Shown here: positions 33,990 to 34,821 of the stretch, one piece after another
Layout: each line of letters starts with the position of its first letter
Position numbering within the stretch: position 1 is the first letter of the stretch
Origin: a virus
Taxonomy: Duplodnaviria > Caudoviricetes
Length of the DNA stretch: 34,821 nucleotides
Direction: 5' to 3' (one strand)
IMG/VR virus record: IMGVR_UViG_3300020044_002018
Span: 1-34,821 of that record
The notes under the pieces: generated by a model
Seen by the model: the letters and a program-made list of their open reading frames with translations, nothing else
What the model was told of the DNA's origin: nothing
The model's database searches: none
Translations under genes and position numbers: made by a program

Positions 33990-34821
33990 TGGCTATCAAT
34001 AAAGACATCGGCGGAAAGATATCAGAGATGGCTCAATCAGCCGAGTTGTCTCCTGCGCCCATATTTGATACTGAGGCTGCGGTACAAGAGCAAGTTGAAG
34101 CTCCTATGCAGATGGGGCTTGAGTTCCCTGAGTACGAGCAAACTGCCGGGTTGGGTAGCAAGCTTTTTAAAAAGGGTGTGCAAAAGATTGATGGCTTAAC
34201 TGTAACCGAAGCGTTAGAGCCGTTGACTAAAAAGGGTGTTCGGATTAAGCAAGAACCAAAGATTATTCCTGATCCGCCACCAGTAGCCCCTGCCCCAAAG
34301 GCTGTTAATCCTAACGCTGCGCCTGCGGCGACAAAGCCGAACATTGCCCCTGTGCCATTGGATCAAATGAACAAGGTGGCGGCAGAGCGAGAAAGGATGT
34401 TGGCTGAAGGCACTTCTCGTGGCACGACAAAAGAAACTCCCATAAACACAATGGTTTATGACAATGATGAGTTTGCTGCCACTGTTAGAGCGTCTGCGGA
34501 AAATGCGACCACGAACCGTCCGACGATGACTGTTCTTGAAATCCGTAACGAAATGATTAACGCTGGTGTGCATGAAAACATTGCTACTAGAATTTTGCAA
34601 GGGTTGCCGCTGGAGTCAAAGATTGGTGATTCGCAGTTGGCTCAAAATGTTGGTGGGGTTGTCGAGTTAGCTAGGTCAAGCGCAGATATTTTAGATAACC
34701 TTTTTACAAAGCTAAAAAGAGGTGAGCTAGATCAGGCAGGTCAACTAGAACTTCGTCAGCAAATGGCTTACAACAACTTAATCCTTCAGCAAATGAAGGG
34801 CGTTCAAGTTGATGTTGGCCG
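33989..34821 (+). CDS. 5' part of the large internal virion protein that continues across the junction to 2570
   Basis: ATG overlaps the upstream stop (TAATG); hand translation MAINKDIGGKISEMAQ... is open to the window end and in frame with position 63. Confidence 0.85.
   Translation, partial: MAINKDIGGKISEMAQSAELSPAPIFDTEAAVQEQVEAPMQMGLEFPEYEQTAGLGSKLFKKGVQKIDGLTVTEALEPLTKKGVRIKQEPKIIPDPPPVAPAPKAVNPNAAPAATKPNIAPVPLDQMNKVAAERERMLAEGTSRGTTKETPINTMVYDNDEFAATVRASAENATTNRPTMTVLEIRNEMINAGVHENIATRILQGLPLESKIGDSQLAQNVGGVVELARSSADILDNLFTKLKRGELDQAGQLELRQQMAYNNLILQQMKGVQVDVG
34701..34821. repeat. Exact duplicate of 1-121 (circular assembly overlap)
   Basis: Sequence identity with the window start. 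Confidence 0.97.

Noticed and set aside
243-34600. Many antisense ORFs of 60-270 aa (for example 7513-8316, 6995-7546, 25300-25794, 34033-34600)
   Set aside because: They lie opposite well-supported genes and lack SDs or recognisable motifs
34701-34821. Biological direct terminal repeat
   Set aside because: It is an exact 121-bp overlap in the middle of a coding sequence, as expected from assembler k-mer overlap of a circular contig
1-34821. Stop-codon reassignment or programmed frameshifts
   Set aside because: Genes tile densely under the standard code with TAA, TGA and TAG all used as stops, and no core gene is interrupted

Overview
The window is an apparently complete, circularly assembled genome (34,700 bp unique; bases 1-121 = 34701-34821) of a small tailed dsDNA phage. 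Its virion module is podovirus-like (T7/BPP-1-type portal, Bbp19-like protein, scaffold, capsid, tail tubular A/B, large internal virion proteins, T7-gp17-type fibre, Mtd_N-type receptor-binding protein). The + strand carries RHH regulator, HTH replication initiator, SSB-like protein, terminase, head, tail, ejection proteins, fibres and a lysis cassette (GH19 endolysin, nested Rz/Rz1 spanins, so the host is Gram-negative). The - strand arm (8937-14812) carries early and recombination genes (YqaJ exonuclease, RecT-like protein, VRR-NUC and PD-(D/E)XK nucleases, GP88-like protein). I recognise no DNA polymerase, RNA polymerase, helicase, primase, integrase, tRNA, CRISPR array or reverse transcriptase. 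The most unusual part is 15815-17030. It holds a promoter-driven ~220-nt antisense structured RNA candidate, plus a compact unit made of a loop-E-containing RNA hairpin, a 48-aa secreted 8-cysteine mini-protein missed by the ORF track, and further structured RNA domains. Family calls rest on recognised motifs and synteny only; no searches or folding programs were run.
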